A stretch of 64,000 nt of DNA, from positions 166,408,001-166,472,000 of the forward strand of contig OZ024740.1 in NCBI GenBank assembly GCA_964016885.1, in the 5' to 3' direction. The DNA comes from Eledone cirrhosa (taxonomy: Eukaryota). This document shows positions 1 through 15,545 of this stretch, in pieces (position 1 is the stretch's first letter; every line of letters starts with the position of its first letter). The notes below the pieces were generated by a model. That model worked only from the letters and a program-made list of their open reading frames with translations. It made no database searches and had not been told where the DNA came from. Made by a program: the position numbers and the translations under genes.

Positions 1-1065
1 TTGTGAGGCGAGCCTTTCCCAGACCCGTCTCACTCACCGAGCTGCAATCCTGGGTCAAGCAAAGATCGAGAAAACTGGGCGCCTGGCACACCGAGTGTGC
101 CCAGGCGCTCACGGCTCTCTAGCAGGCGGACCCGGCTGTCAGTGGAGAATCCACCTCGTCATTCTATAGAGAGCTGGTGGTTAGCAGGTGCGACGACGCC
201 CTCGGAGAAGCCCTAGGCATGGAGGAAGACGAATTGGCAAACCTGTTCGGTAGGACATTCAGCCCGGGACCCATGGATAACTTCCAGAGGTCCCTGGCCT
301 GGCAATGCTACAGAAGGGCTCTGCCCGTTCGAGAAAGGCTCTACAGACACGGCCGACCGGGCAGGGACTCCTCGAAAAAGATCTGTCCCAGATGCGTGTG
401 CGACGAGGAAACCGTTGCACACGCATTGGTACACTGCTCGGGCATTGCTGATCTGTGGGGTTATGTCGAACAACTGCTGTCAAGGGTGGGACCGATGCGG
501 TCCCACCCTTGACAGCAGTTGTTCGACATAACGAAGGAGAGGCGGTGTTTCTGTGCGTAATAGCCACGGCGAAAGAGGTTGTATGGTGGACGCGTCTGAA
601 AGGACGGAGGTCAGACACCTATCTCTCTGGCCAACAACTGGTCCGTTTCTTCCGATATCATTTCGGAAGAAGGATCAGGATGGAGAGAGAGGTGCTGCAC
701 CCCAGCCGTTTTTCGAAAGATGGGTGAAAGTGGCGAGAATGGCCCGTGTGAATGGGCCTTCACTCTACATCAGAATATAGGTGAGGAAGATGAAAGACCA
801 AGGGAGCACCCCTTCTCTGTGCTCCTGAGGAAAAGAGTTGCAAACTTTTTTTCGGGGGTGTGTGCGACCCCACAAGACGCCTCCTTGAGGACTTTGAGGA
901 CTTTGTTATGAATTTTATTTTTTGTTATATTTTATTTTATTTTTATATATTGTTATTGCCTCCTCCTTATTGAGGACGCCTTGTTTTGTAAACTACCCCC
1001 ATTGTACTTGTCCCACCTTTGATACCCTGGTGGCAAATAAAAGAAACATATCTATCTATCTATCT
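1..1065 (+). mobile_element. 3' end of Tx1/L1-type non-LTR retrotransposon (copy 1), frameshifted
   Basis: Translation gives the ORF2 C-terminal zinc-binding region (WQCYRRALPV...CPRC..DEETVAHALVHC..IADLW), then a T-rich 3' UTR, AATAAA at ~1036 and a (TATC)n end. Confidence 0.85.
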
Positions 1066-1283
1066 CTGGGATGGACACATGTGATTAACTTGCTCGGTAA
1101 GTTTTGTTTAAATTTCTTTAGAAATTTGTCATTGTGAACTTTTATTTTTATACCAATGGGTAGAGGGACTGACAGGTCAAATTTTGATCTGGTCAGTCTC
1201 CCAAAATATCGTGCCCCTCAGGGCAAAAACAACCAAAATATTTTCGAAAAAAAATGTTTGCAAAACACTTCAATTTTTAAAAA

Positions 1284-3164
1284 ATGGCTGAAGCAAAGGC
1301 ACCTACTTCATTGTCAATACAAGAAGATGGGAAGGGAAAGCCATGCCTACTTGACCAGCAGATAGTTTCAGACATGGACAAAGGAATGCCAACATTATCG
1401 CCTCAACATTTAGAAGTGGAACAAGCTTCAGCTGCTTGTAAGCAACAGAACACGCTTGACGTCACAAACGTCCCATGTATCCACACACAGAAGGAAAAAT
1501 GTCGAGCAAACACTAACACCACCACAACCAACAACAACAACAACACAATAAATGAGAACAACAGCAATGCAACAAAAGGAATCAGTGGCAACACAACGAA
1601 TGAGACCATCATCTCCACCAACAATAACAATAACAAAATTTAATTTGCAGCAACAGTTGCTAAGCAACAGGATTTTAAATACTACTCCATAGACATTTCC
1701 CTAAAGTCCCAATATTTGGAAGAAGCTTCCAACTATGTGACGTTTGAGGGAGACACCCCACACATACACTACACCCCCACAAGTAAGAGAAATGACACAG
1801 AAAAAGAAACTAATTTATAGAACAGTTGACATCACTACCAAAAAACCCATAACGCTCCCAACAAGCACTATTGGAGCTGCACTAAAAGATATCAAGCCAG
1901 AGTGGCATACCTCCAAAGAGCTAAACAGTCTGGAAGTGTGTCAGTGATCTTTAAGAGCGAAACTCTGGTACAAAAACACTCGGTTCACCCAATAAAAACG
2001 GATCAACACATCTTCTTCCCGACATACATGGGAAGAAGATCCTACAAAATAAAAATAACCAGGATCCCAGCAGAGGTCAACATTTGGTGGATCCTACGCT
2101 GCATCCTGAAGAAGGATGAGGACACCCTCCTATGTGTAGATAGGACAGACCGGCATAACTGGTTTGGAACCTGCATCGAGGTTCTGGTACAAATGATGCC
2201 AGAGAGAGTTGATAAAATACCGGACAGGATCGTCCTTGAGGAAGATGTCATCTCCATTTTAGTGGAGGGGAAAAGACCTCAGTGCCATAAGTGTGGGAAA
2301 ACCACAAAAAAGCCTTTGCCCTCTCTTAAATAAACCGAGGACAAACAAGGTGATATTACCAACACCAAAACCACAACATCAACACTCCAAACCAAACACA
2401 AAACAAACACCTGCAACATCCACTCCCACACCACCACAGACCAGAGATAACCACACACTCAAAATCTCATTGAAAAACCCTCCATTGCCCATCCACCCCT
2501 GTCAAATACGTCCACAAACACATGCACAAACACTCCACCACACAACATACCCCTCCCATCTACCCCTGATTCAGAAGTCTCAGATATGGGAACCTCTACA
2601 TCTCCAAGTGAGAATGAAGAGGAACGCTAAAAATCCCCAAAACAAAAAAGACACAAAAAAGACACAAAAACATCTACAGAAAACACACACACACCCAACT
2701 CGACCATAAACACACCGCCACAAACGACAAACACACCAACAACACACTCACCACCAACACAACCAAACACTTCACCAACAAAACAAACACCCACACCACC
2801 ACAATCACAAACCCCAACCACAAAAAGAAAACTACAAACAGAAACAGTATACATAAAAAACAAAACACACTACACATATATAAAAGCAAGAAACAAAGAT
2901 CTGGTGGAAACTGACCGAAAGGACTCCACAATACAAACGGAAGGGAAAACCTTTCACACCAACGACCCACCCCCAAACCTCAAACTTATCAGGGTAACAA
3001 CCCTACAGAATGAAACTGTAAAAGAGTACTTCCCACATGATGTGGGCCCCCCTTGCCAAAAGCCCATTAACCGTGTCCTGCTAAAAGGATTCCCTCCCTC
3101 CCCAAACACCACCAATCTGGACATGGAGATCGAACAACCCGTCCTCAAGGAAACGAAAAGGTAA
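1284..3164 (+). pseudogene. LINE ORF1 (gag-like nucleic-acid-binding protein), frameshifted
   Basis: RRM-like segment (SVIFKSE...KIKITRIP) and a zinc knuckle VEGKRPQCHKCGK-x-H-xxxx-C split by a frameshift at ~2300, followed by T/P/Q/K-rich low complexity. Confidence 0.65.
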
Positions 3165-3204
3165 GTGTTCCTGCCTTTTCTCTCCTTAACTCTTCTTCAC
3201 CAAC

Positions 3205-4820
3205 ATGGCGACTATACAAGCTCGATGGTTGAATGCACGTGGCCTGGGTATGTCCTGGAAACAGGGCCAGCTTTTAAATGATCCCAGGTCACATTGTATA
3301 GATGTCCGAGTCCAGAATTCACGACGAGCAACAGCTAACCCCCATGTTCGATGATTTTGAGATCTACGCATCTCTCTGTCAGCCAGGAGGTGGAGGGGGA
3401 GTTGCTGTTCTGTTTCGAAAAAACTTGGATCTCAAAATACAGACGATTCACTTGGACCCGGAGGGCAGCCTGGTGATCCTGGACGTGAATGGTAGTGAAG
3501 GTGGAGATTTCGGACTGGTGGCCGTATATGTTCCGACTGGGACATCGCGACCAGAGTTCTTCAAGCGTCTGGAGCCATACCTGGGAACGTCTCGCTCCTT
3601 AGTGTTAGCAGGGGACTGGAATGGCATCTTAGACGCACGTTGGGGCTATGTAGGAGCTTGTGATAATAGAGGGGGTGTAGTAGCCTCAAAAATCTCATCA
3701 GCCAATTCCAACTGGCTGATAGATATCGACTAGACTTCCCAAGAGCACCACTGTGGACGCGGAGCAACCGCACAGGGTCTTCTAGGTCGTATTTAGATAG
3801 ATGTTTAATTAGACAGAATGATAAGGAAACATTAAGCTGTCCACAAATGCTCATGGTTGCCCCTATTCGAACCACAAATTAGTCACCTGCGTAGTATACC
3901 TTGATAGAACACATAGACAGGGACTCGGATACTGGAAGCTAAACATGTCGCTCCCGGTGCGTAAGGCCTACAGTAAACGGATTAGCACCTTAGTTAAGTG
4001 CCAGCTGTCGTGGGCGATCGTCAGCAACAGGTCGTGGAGCTCTCTCAAGAGAGCAATTAGAATAGAATTGATAGCATTTACCAAGGAAGTAGCTTTAGAA
4101 AAAAACAAAACTGAAAAGGAACTGGTAGCTAAAATAGAAGAGGCACTTAGGGATGGCAGTACAGCTGACGTGCTAGCGGCGAGAACGGCACTAGACCAGT
4201 TCTTCAACGTGAAACACGAAGATTGTATTGTCAGAAGTAGAACACATGCTCTAAGAAACGAGGGAGCCAAAGCTGCTAGCTGGGCCTGAGTAGCAGAGGC
4301 GAAAAGTAACAACAAATTCACAATTCGGTCTTTGCAAGACAAAGATAGACACATTATACTTGAATCCAAGCAGATGTGCGCGGCCTTCCAGCAGCATTTT
4401 GCACAACTGTTCGGGAAAAGCGGTACATTGAGTGATGGACTTCAGCTCCTACCTCGACGGCGTACCGCGACTCTCGAGCATGGATGCGGAGAGCTGCGAA
4501 AGGCCGATCACAGTGGGTGAAATAGAAGATGCCCTAGGCCGCTGCGGGAAACGCAAATCACCTTGTTTAGATGAGTTTTGTCTACCCTATGAGTTTTACA
4601 TAGGCATGTCAGACTTGTTCTCTGGCGTCCTCGAAGCGGTCTACTGCAACTGGTAGCAGAACGGGAGGAATCCCAGTTCTGTAGGCAGAGGCGTAGTAAC
4701 GCTGATCAGGAAAGATGAGAACAAGGGGGATGAGATAAGAAATTTCAGGCCCATAACTCTGCTCAACACAGAGTTAAAGATTTTGGCCAAGGTGTTAGCA
4801 GCAAGGCTGGCGTTTATCAA
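3205..4820 (+). pseudogene. LINE ORF2 N-terminal part: APE endonuclease and start of reverse transcriptase
   Basis: LNARGL, GGVAVLF, VAVYVP, LAGDWN, SYLDR, GYWKLN, KSPCLD and NFRPITLLNTELKILAKVLAARL motifs across several stops and frameshifts. Confidence 0.9.
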
Positions 4821-6768
4821 AGAAGGAAGGAGAGGCGGTTTTCCTCTGTCTGGTGGCTATGGTGAAAGAGGTAATATGGTTGACGAGGTTAAAAGGACTG
4901 AGGGCAAACACCTTTCTCTCCGGACAACAACTTATCGCCTTCTTTAAGTATCACTTCAGAAGGAAGGTGAGAGTGGAGAGAGAGGTGCTACACCCCAGTA
5001 AATTCGCTGAAAGGTGGGTGAATCTGGCATAAATGGCCCGAGTGAATGGGCCTTTTCTCTATATAAACCTGTAGGTTGAGGAAGATAAACAGAGGGAAGA
5101 CGGGATAACCTACAAAACGTGTTCCTGGTGTTGAGGGTTGTTCTATCCACGGGGTGTAAAACAACCCTGCACAAACGTTCCCCCGTACTGGGGATTTCAA
5201 TTGTTATTTTATTATATATATTTTATTGTTATTTATTAATGTTAAAGTTATTTTTATGTAAAACCCCCGCCGTCACATCTTGTAATGTCCCATTTGTGTA
5301 CGCCCCTGTGGCAAATAAAGAAATATATCTATCTATCTATCTTCGGACTGTTATCAGGATATGTGCTTTGTCATTTTTATTGTTATCTCACCCAAACGTA
5401 GATCGAAAGAGAGAGTGAGAGAGAAAGAGAGAGATGCTAGTAGATAAAAGATAGATTAGATAGGACGACAGATATATGTATGGAGAGAGAAAGAGAGTAG
5501 AGAGAGAGAGGTAGAGAGAGGAGGGTAGGAATGAGTGAGAGAGAGAGAGAGATGTGTATGTGTCTAGTGTCTGTGTATGATTGCGTGTGGTTGTATACAT
5601 TTGTAGGTGCATAACTATTTACAATAACTGCGAACGTGCGATAGATAGAAACATAGTAATAATATATCCTGAGTTTCATTACAGTGTATTGTTACTTTTA
5701 TTCATATAAATAACATCTGGAACATTTTCCCTCATCATGGTCAATGCTATCATCATCGGTGTTTTTGCTATCGTTCTTACGATGTTGTCATTGTTTCCTA
5801 GATGTTTCCATTGCTTTGTCGGTGTTGTTGACGTTTCCTTCTGTATTATTAACAACCAAATATCAGTTGAAGTACAATAAAATGCACGAAAAGTTGTGGA
5901 ATTCTTGAATAACATTCCACGCGACTGCTCTCAAGTGTATCAAATGGTGGAAGCAATTCATCTTTCATTGAAACTGGTTCCTTGATGAAAGATTCACACC
6001 TTCACTTCTCAGCAAGTCCTCACTCTCGCGTAATCAAAGATCGTGTGATGACATTCAATGCTTCCCAATCTGTAGAGAAACTTTCGTTGAGATTCCGAGA
6101 AAAGCTTTTTTCAGTCACATTTCTTTTATCATTCTTTAACAGGCGCCTCATATAACGTTTTATTTTCATTTGTTTACTTCTTGTTTCAACATACTGAATT
6201 TTGCTAACACTTACAGCGCTATTTTCTAACACCAGACTCTGGCATCAGCATTGCTATTTCATTGTGACTCCGCCTACAAGCTTATTTACTTATAGTCATA
6301 TCACTGAAGGATTTTATGTTCCCAACATGTTTTGTTATTTTCGCCCTTCTTTGTTCCCTTTCCATCAGCAAATAATAATGTAATACTATTCTTATTATTA
6401 CTACCATTTCCTTTCAGATACCTTGACTCAAATAAATGTGTAAAATCCTATGTTCTTCGAAAACACCGCACCGGATATCCGCATCGTAATTATCATGACA
6501 ATTTACAGCGTGTCATCCACTAGGAATCTATATTAACGCACCTCTGTTTTACAAAAAGTACAGCAAAACATACTTAGTAAAAAAGATAAGTACAAATCAC
6601 TAGTTCGTTCTTTAAACAACATACTGTCTCGCTACAGCTTTCACATTGAATGACATCTACTGAGAGCTCAATATTCTGGTAATCACCTAAACTGTACTAG
6701 ATAAATTACTGTATTTGTTTAGAACCAACATTTCTTGCCAATAAATCATTGACTATCAGTATTACTAT

Positions 6769-6951
6769 GGTGGATTGGCAGTATCGTTAGAGGGTCGGAC
6801 GACATGCTTTGCTGCATGGAGTAACGAGCCTTTACGATCTGAGTTGAAATCCCGCCGAGGTTAGCTTTGCCTTTCATCCTTACGGGGTCGATAAAATAAA
6901 GTACCAGTAATGCTCTGGGATGATTGCTAGCCTTGTGTCAAAAGTAGAAAC
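6769..6951 (+). mobile_element. tRNA-derived SINE, family 1
   Basis: Matches 62467-62650: TGGCAGTATCG A-box-like, GTTGAAATCCC B-box-like, conserved CTTTCATCCTTACGGGGTCGATAAAATAAAGTACCAG body. Confidence 0.85.
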
Positions 6952-7934
6952 AATTATTACTACGATAACACCAACTGTATTACATCAGAAAACAACCTAA
7001 TTAACAAGTTAGGTTGTCCTTTGAAAATAAGTGAAGGACTCTGTACGTGGTTTCTAAGCCTGCTAAAAACATCAGCCAAATCTTTCTCCAATAACAACCA
7101 ATAATCTTTTAAATGGAAAGGCACATTATACAATGTAGAATTCTGACGTTATTCACGAAGTGAAAGGAAGCGCCCAAGCCCATGATCATTATTTTTCAGG
7201 GCATTCAAAACTATTAGTTTGCTATCCTCAAATCGGAGATGTGACTCGATAATCTGCAACAGAATTAACTCCGTTAAAGACATTCAAGGACTATTATTAA
7301 ACTGGACGATGATTTATGGAAGGAAACCTATTTTAACAGATAAGCATGGAAAGTAAAAGACTTGAAAAATAACCACTAATGAAATTTGATTTGAACTATG
7401 TGTATGGCATTCAATTCGGCAAACCATTGTTCCTGTGAATTCACTGTGAATCAATTTATTTATAATATTGATGTTTCAGACTGAATGTTGATTACTAACT
7501 TACAGTTGAAATATATATTCGATTATATCGAAAGCAATATTAAACTAGTACTTTTCAATGAAAGAGTTGATGTATGAGAATAAACACTATCCACCGTCTT
7601 ATATAAACCGTCTTGTCTGCCAATCAATTGTCCCTGTAATCCTTCACATCACTAAGTTGGTACTTAGCTATACGATTAGAGGAAGTGGTAGTCAATAAAA
7701 TTAACATATTTTTCAGCAGATATATATTTTATCAACAACTGAATGTAAAACAGCAAAGTTAACCTTTGTGTGGATTGAAATCGAAACATAAAACGCCGTA
7801 ATTGAATATCAAAACTCTACTGATCCTTTCTGTTATCCACTACCATATATCTGTCTATATTATCGAGTTCTCACATTGACACAGATATCTGAATTTTAGA
7901 AGAGATTATTGTCAATTAAATAAATTGAGTACAT

Positions 7935-8432
7935 CCCGCTGAGGTTAACTTTGCATTTCATCCTTATGGGGTCGATAAAATAAAGTACCATTCACGCACT
8001 GGGGTCGATTTAATCGACTTTCCCCTCCCCCCAAATTACTGGCCTTGTGCCTATATAAGTAACCATTATTTTATTGTTTCCTAAAACACGAAGAGCAAAG
8101 TTAACAGCGGCGATATTTGAATTAAGAATGCAAAGGAGCGTAGCTAAATATAGCGACAAATTCCGATTAAAGTTCCATCGTCTCTGCCATTTTTCGATCC
8201 TAACATCTGTTTATAATTGTTTCTACTATTGGCACAAGGCCAGCAATTACCCAGTACATTACTGGTACTTTATTTTATCGACCCGTAAGGATGAAAGGCA
8301 AAGTTAACCTGTTTATAATATTTGTTTCTACTTTTGGCACAAGGCCAGCAATCACGCAGTGCATTACTGGTACTTTATTTTATCGACCCTGTAAGGATGA
8401 AAGGCAAAGTAAACCTCGGCGGGATTTGAACC
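7935..8432. mobile_element. Three partial family-1 SINEs (7935-8060 +; 8215-8310 -; 8320-8432 -)
   Basis: Same GTCGATAAAATAAAGTACCA core in both orientations. Confidence 0.8.
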
Positions 8433-9237
8433 TGTTTATAATATTGATTTCTGATACAGAAATATGGCTTCAAATTAGATGGAAATAGAATACGTGATTA
8501 TATCAGTAAAATAAACAACAAGATGAATGGATAATAGCGAAACTGGACTTCAGCAAGATTTCACCTACTTATATAAACAGAAAGAACTAAATAAAGAAGT
8601 GATTTCCCCCGACACTGTAATGATTTTCCCAATATACCGCACTCACTCACCTCTATTGTTAATATCACCACCTGTTGTGACGGAGTCTGAAGAAACGTGT
8701 CTGATGACTCTATAATGTCGTTCACCGAGGACACATGCCGAGCATTTGTATCGCATAGATAGCGCTATGATATCAGACTATTGACAGATTTAAGCCTTAA
8801 ACTAATTTGGTACCAAGGGAGAGGTTACAGCTGGTTAAAAAGCTAAGATAGCAAATGGTTTGGGGTTCCTGAGATATAAGCAGAGGAATAGACTTTTCAG
8901 ACAAACTAGTGTAAAAAATATATGCAAAACTTGTATCTGTCATTTCTAATAACATATCACTGAAGTGGCATAATCTTTTGTGCTTTGTAGCTACGGAGGT
9001 TTACAAACTGTGTTCAAATGACGGCAAACACAACTTTGTTTTTAACTCTCCGAGTTCGAAGAAACTAGTCAAAATCTACATTGGATTACATCGATTAATC
9101 CAGCAGTTCTTAACCCTTTTTCAATCACGGTATCACTTGAGGTTTTGAAATTCTATCCCGAGCCCCTAGGTCTAGTGCATTAGAAAAAAGAACTTGATGT
9201 TTCAGATCAAATTATCAGCAACATGTCTGCTATTATT

Positions 9238-9427
9238 TAATTGTTTCTACTTTAGGCACAAGGCCAGCAATTACCCAGTGAATTACTGGTACTTTATTTT
9301 ATCGACCCCGTAAGGATGAAAGGCAAAGTCAACCTCGGTGGGATTTGAACTCAGATCATAAAAGGACGTAACTATGCTGGAAAGCATGGCGTCAAACCCT
9401 CTACCGATACTGCCAATCCACCGCCCT
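9238..9427 (-). mobile_element. tRNA-derived SINE, family 1, full length
   Basis: Reverse complement of the 62467-62650 sequence. Confidence 0.9.
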
Positions 9428-9855
9428 TATTTACCGATACTGCTATTATTTAATTAATTAACTACATTGATTAGTAAATACATATTTTTGAAAATAACAG
9501 GAGATATCCAATCAAAATAATTTAATCTTTAATGTGATTTCCGTTTACGGTTCTCAATTTTGTTTGAAATACGAGGATCCTTTTTGCAAAGAGTATTAAA
9601 GTTACAATGTTAAGTTTCTTTCTTGGCTTAAAAACTGTAGTGTCTACTGTGCAGACTTGCATGTGGTGTTTTTGATTAATATTCCCTCAACCAACAATAT
9701 GCCTTATGAAGTTAAGAAAACATAACGATAACCCGAATGTTATAACAAAAGAGGATGCTGGGGATAGAAACTGCACTGGTTATTTATTAACAAAGATCGA
9801 AAATGTAAACACTGCAACGCAGAGAAAAACATTAGCGTAACCAAATTATCAGTTA

Positions 9856-10052
9856 TGTCTGTCTGCACGCCTATATCACTTCTCTGCACGACTGTCTGTC
9901 TGCACGCCTATATCACCTCTCTGCACGACTGTCTGTCTGCACGCCTATATCACCTCTCTGCACGACTGTCTGTCTGCACGACTGTCTGTCTGCACGCCTA
10001 TATCACCTCTCTGCACGACTGTCTGTCTGCACGACTGTCTGTCTGCACGCCT
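9856..10052. repeat. Minisatellite of interleaved CTGCACG-based units (~37 bp and ~16 bp)
   Basis: Repeated TGTCTGTCTGCACGCCTATATCACCTCTCTGCACGAC and TGTCTGTCTGCACGAC. Confidence 0.9.
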
Positions 10053-10299
10053 AACGACTAAATATTTGCTTGTTTTACGTAGTCTTTAAATAGACTTGTT
10101 TTCAAGTAAAAATATTGTTTTAAAATGCTTTTAAATGGAAATGAAGCAAAACGGAAGCTTAGTGTTCGAACTGATGAATTTTGCAGGTCAATATTTTGCT
10201 GGCTCGACAACTGTTAAAGCCAGCGTAATTTTTTACGTAAGACGCTCAATGTAAACAGAACAAAGGGAAATAACTGATAACCTACGCTCAAAAATCGAT

Positions 10300-10480
10300 A
10301 CATTATATTCGATTTCGTCACATAGGGTGGGTCAATTTGAAATTTTTTTTTTCCGATGTCTTCGCTAGGGCTCAATGTACAAGTCTAGCAATTTCGGTGC
10401 AATTCCGTGAGAGATTCTAAGAGGAGATGTGTGCCAAAAGTCGATAGACAGACAGACAACCACAGTTTTATATATATAGA
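10300..10480 (-). mobile_element. 5' end of a non-autonomous Helitron (3' extent not determined)
   Basis: Minus strand reads A|TCTATATATATAAAACTGTGGTTGTCTGTCTGTC, like the Helitron 5' ends at 29017 and 29054. Confidence 0.6.
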
Positions 10481-11799
10481 TGTCATTGATCTCTTTCAAA
10501 TAATCTTCAGGTATATGACTCAAATAAATTCAACAGCTGCTGAAGGTGGGCCAATATTGCTGTATCAAAGTCTAGAAGTAGTAACCCATCTTCTTCAACA
10601 ACTTCTTCTAAATATGGAAACCTGGTCAAATTTCCTTTCTCAGTATCTCTCATCCACAGTAGAAACTTATGTTTGAAGGAAGCCAGCATTTCATGTGCAA
10701 TAACAATGTCTATATTACTTCCTTGGAGGGAAATATATAGTTCATTCAATCGAGTAAATATGTCAATATTTGCACACATTTTGGTTAATCGAACAAAGAG
10801 GAGATATCAAAATTTTACCCCTCTAAAAATATCTTGGTCTCCGCACGCATCTCAAAAAAAAAACGTTGTAAGACAAGTCCCCGGGATAACCATTTTAACT
10901 TTGTGTGGTACAGGTGAACCGAGTGTTCGGAATTAATGCTTTCACAAAATGCTTGAAATAAACTGTGATTCAGGGAACGTCTTCTAATTGAGTTAAAAAC
11001 ACTTAACACAAGCAGACAAAATTTCTTGTAGATATTTTCGTAAATCTTTCGCTGCTAATGAATGTCAATAAAGGTGAAACTTTTCTTTTCAAGTGGTCTG
11101 CAAATCCAGATCAATTTCCTAGTACTACAGGGAGGGTTTCATCATTAAATACTCCCTGTAGTTGGGTGGCTTTGTGATTACATTAAAATCAATAATGTAT
11201 TATAGGTATTGGTAATAATTCCACTAAGTATATATCCATTCGCGAGAGTTCTATTTAAGGTAAAGCTTATGTCCACATATACACGCCTTCCTCTGCGTTG
11301 GCCTACACACATATGTACATATGTGTATTTGTATATGTATTTGTATGTATATGTTTGTCTGTTAATATTCAACTAAATATAGCATAACAAAGACACGACT
11401 ATATGTGTATGCAATCTTCGTATGAAAGAGTTGCGTGTGATCTTATATTCTCTGATTTCTGTTTTAGTTTAGAGTGTTAGTATTCTAAAATCTATTAGTC
11501 GATAACATTTTCAAGACCTCTGTTTCATTATCAGAATACTGCAGGTTAAAATTATTTACATCATATTGATCTGATGATGATAAGAATGCCTTGGAATATT
11601 AACGCACATATGTATGCTTGCATGTATTTATGCATGTAAGTATATACGTACGTATGTATATACGTATGTATGCATGCATGTATTTTTGTATGTAAGCATG
11701 TATGTATTATGTATGTTTGTATGTATGTATCATTGTACGGATGTATGGATGTATGTATGTGTGCATGTATATATGTATGTGTGTATGTATGCATGTTTC

Positions 11800-12305
11800 T
11801 TCGTGAGGACGGTGACTTTGGACATCCTGCACGACTAAAAACAAAACCTGTCAAAGGGCAAAGGAGCTCTTAAAAGTCAATGGCCATACAAAATCACCAG
11901 GAGAGATGACTCCTTAGCCTTTGTCAAGGCAGATTTCTAGGAGAAGGAAAACTCTGATATAACACCTGCAACCCTGATGGTATCCAATGATGTTGACTTG
12001 TTCTTCTTTTTGGTAAATATCATCTTGGTTAAGAGAGTGGGACTGGTTTTGTACAGTGCTTTTGCTCACTATAAAAGCTTCACGGCACAGGCATTGCTTT
12101 ATATCTGGAGATCTCTCTGCACTTGTCGTCACATGGTACCATGGGCCCAACACTATGTGTCAATAATTGTCACAAGTGTAGTGTTTGTACCAGAGTTTTC
12201 AAGTCGCTGGCTGGACTAAAAAGTCACACTCGTTCAGCGCATCGGTAGGGGTTCTCCTACATGGATATAAAGTAGTGGCCGTACTCGAAAACGAGTTGGC
12301 AGCCA
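11800..12305 (+). mobile_element. Interspersed repeat, probably RTE-type LINE 5' region
   Basis: CTAGGAGAAGGAAAACTCTG...GATGTTGACTTGTTCTT block; diverged homolog in opposite orientation at 31680-31975. The RTE assignment is from recollection of such 5' UTRs. Confidence 0.45.
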
Positions 12306-12732
12306 TCATGTATGCGTGTATCCAAGTAAGTGTGTATGCATGCATATATGTATGTATGCATGCATATATGTATATATGTATGTATATATGTATGCATATA
12401 TGAATGTATGTATGTATGTATGCATGTATGTATGCATGTATGGTATGTATGCATGTATGACTGTATGCATGGATATACACATATTGTCATACGCATGTAA
12501 CACAGTACCATAAAAAATAGACATACGTTATATATATCACGTATGTCCAATAACATTTAGATGATTAATCGATAACAATATTGCATTCCCAATTCTTCTA
12601 AACCCTGCTATACTGATATATTTATACCTTTACATATCTCTCACTCACTCTCGGGGTCCTTCATACAAACACATACTCCCTAGAGGTGCACACACATGCA
12701 CGAACAAACACTGCCCTTATGTATATATATAT

Positions 12733-12915
12733 TTATTTAATATAGAAATTGCTTCTACAGGACCAGAACTGTTCCATTCGTATAGAAATCATCAGGAAAT
12801 ATATTTCCTGATAATGTCTATACGAATGAAACAGTTCTAGACATGTAGAAGCCATATCTATATTCAATAGTTATACTCTGCTTACTGCGGTTACGCCCGA
12901 TTGAACCCAGGATAA

Positions 12916-12918
<3 letters not shown>
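12733..12918. mobile_element. Fold-back mini-element (family A) with two inverted, partly mutated hammerhead motifs
   Basis: Hairpin 12733-12869 centred on ATATAT. Minus arm CTGATGA...GGAA-CAG/CTG-TA; plus arm CTGATAA...GAAA. Flanked by (TA)n. Confidence 0.75.
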
Positions 12919-12963
<45 letters not shown>

Positions 12964-13060
12964 TCGGCTCTGTTTAACTACATTGAGCTATACCTTTTAC
13001 TGTCATTTCTATAATACGAAGAGGGTGTTTAACTCCAACACGCTCCAGTATTTTAACCCT

Positions 13061-13091
<31 letters not shown>

Positions 13092-13927
13092 ATAGGTAAA
13101 TACAGTCATGCATACATATATACATATATACATACATAGATACATGCATGCATACATTACCTTATTTGGTTTCTAATACCACTCTCATTCTTTCTCACTA
13201 AAACACTTTTTGTATATATCACATTGATCTTCTCTCCCGCATTCTCATATTTCTTACTCAACATAAATGTTATCTATATATTCTCAACCCCCTTCTTTCA
13301 CCTTCCATTTCTTCCTTCTTATTACCTTTTGTATTTTTATGTCAATCTATTTACTGTTCATTCTATTACCTTATTTTTACATTTCCTAAATTTCCTCAGT
13401 TTCTGTCTTTTCTGAAATTTCGTCCCCTCAACATTTTTCAATATCACCATTGGAGTTCATAGTGTATTTAGAAATTTCTTTTAAAAAGTTCCACTCGCCC
13501 CATCCATCATATCGGTCTTGTTTCATGATAAATGTTGAAAACTTACTGGATATTAATGAATAGGAGCCATCAACCACCAACTTATTCCGACGCCCTAACC
13601 ATTCTGTTTCTTAGTTCTTATCATTACACTCATCACCAACATTACCATCAGGAATATTCAGATTATCGCATCCAATGAAAACAACGACTACAATAACAAA
13701 CGTTAAAGCCATTAACAACACCATTATCATCATAAACATAAATATCGTTATCAATAACTACAACAATTAAAACACAACACTTACACAGGCATCTCTGTTC
13801 ATGTGTTTCTGTGTTCAGGCATACATTACCAGATTTTCTCAAGTATTGTTTATTGTGAGTGACTGAAATGTTATAATCATTTACATTAGGACGACTACAT
13901 TTCATACTCATATATACATTAATAGAT

Positions 13928-14037
<110 letters not shown>

Positions 14038-14159
14038 CCTCCAATCTACATATCTATCTATCTATCTCTCTATATATGAGGCTTATCCCGTCACGGAAAA
14101 ATCTAATTAAAGCAGATTCAGCTGGTTTCCGCGAACGTTTCTCGGCCCAGGGTGGGTGT

Positions 14160-15545
<1,386 letters not shown>

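Larger units (their letters stand above)
1156..5341 (+). mobile_element. Tx1/L1-type non-LTR retrotransposon (copy 2), degenerate, internally deleted
   Basis: ORF1-like region, APE endonuclease, start of RT, then a jump at ~4820 to a 3' end homologous to 533-1060; ends AATAAAG...(TATC)n. Confidence 0.85.
9101..11060 (-). mobile_element. Fragmented hAT (Buster/Charlie-like) DNA transposon with nested insertions
   Basis: TIR-like CAGCAGTTCTTAACC at 9101. Minus-strand 10482-11060 translates to NSIRRRSLNHSLFQAFCE...LYHTKLKWLSRGLVLQRFF...DIFTRLNELYISLQG, typical of Buster/ZBED5-type transposase. Linking the TIR to the transposase is inference. Confidence 0.7.

Noticed and set aside
9856-10052. 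CRISPR-like array
   Set aside because: No unique spacers and the context is eukaryotic; it is a minisatellite.
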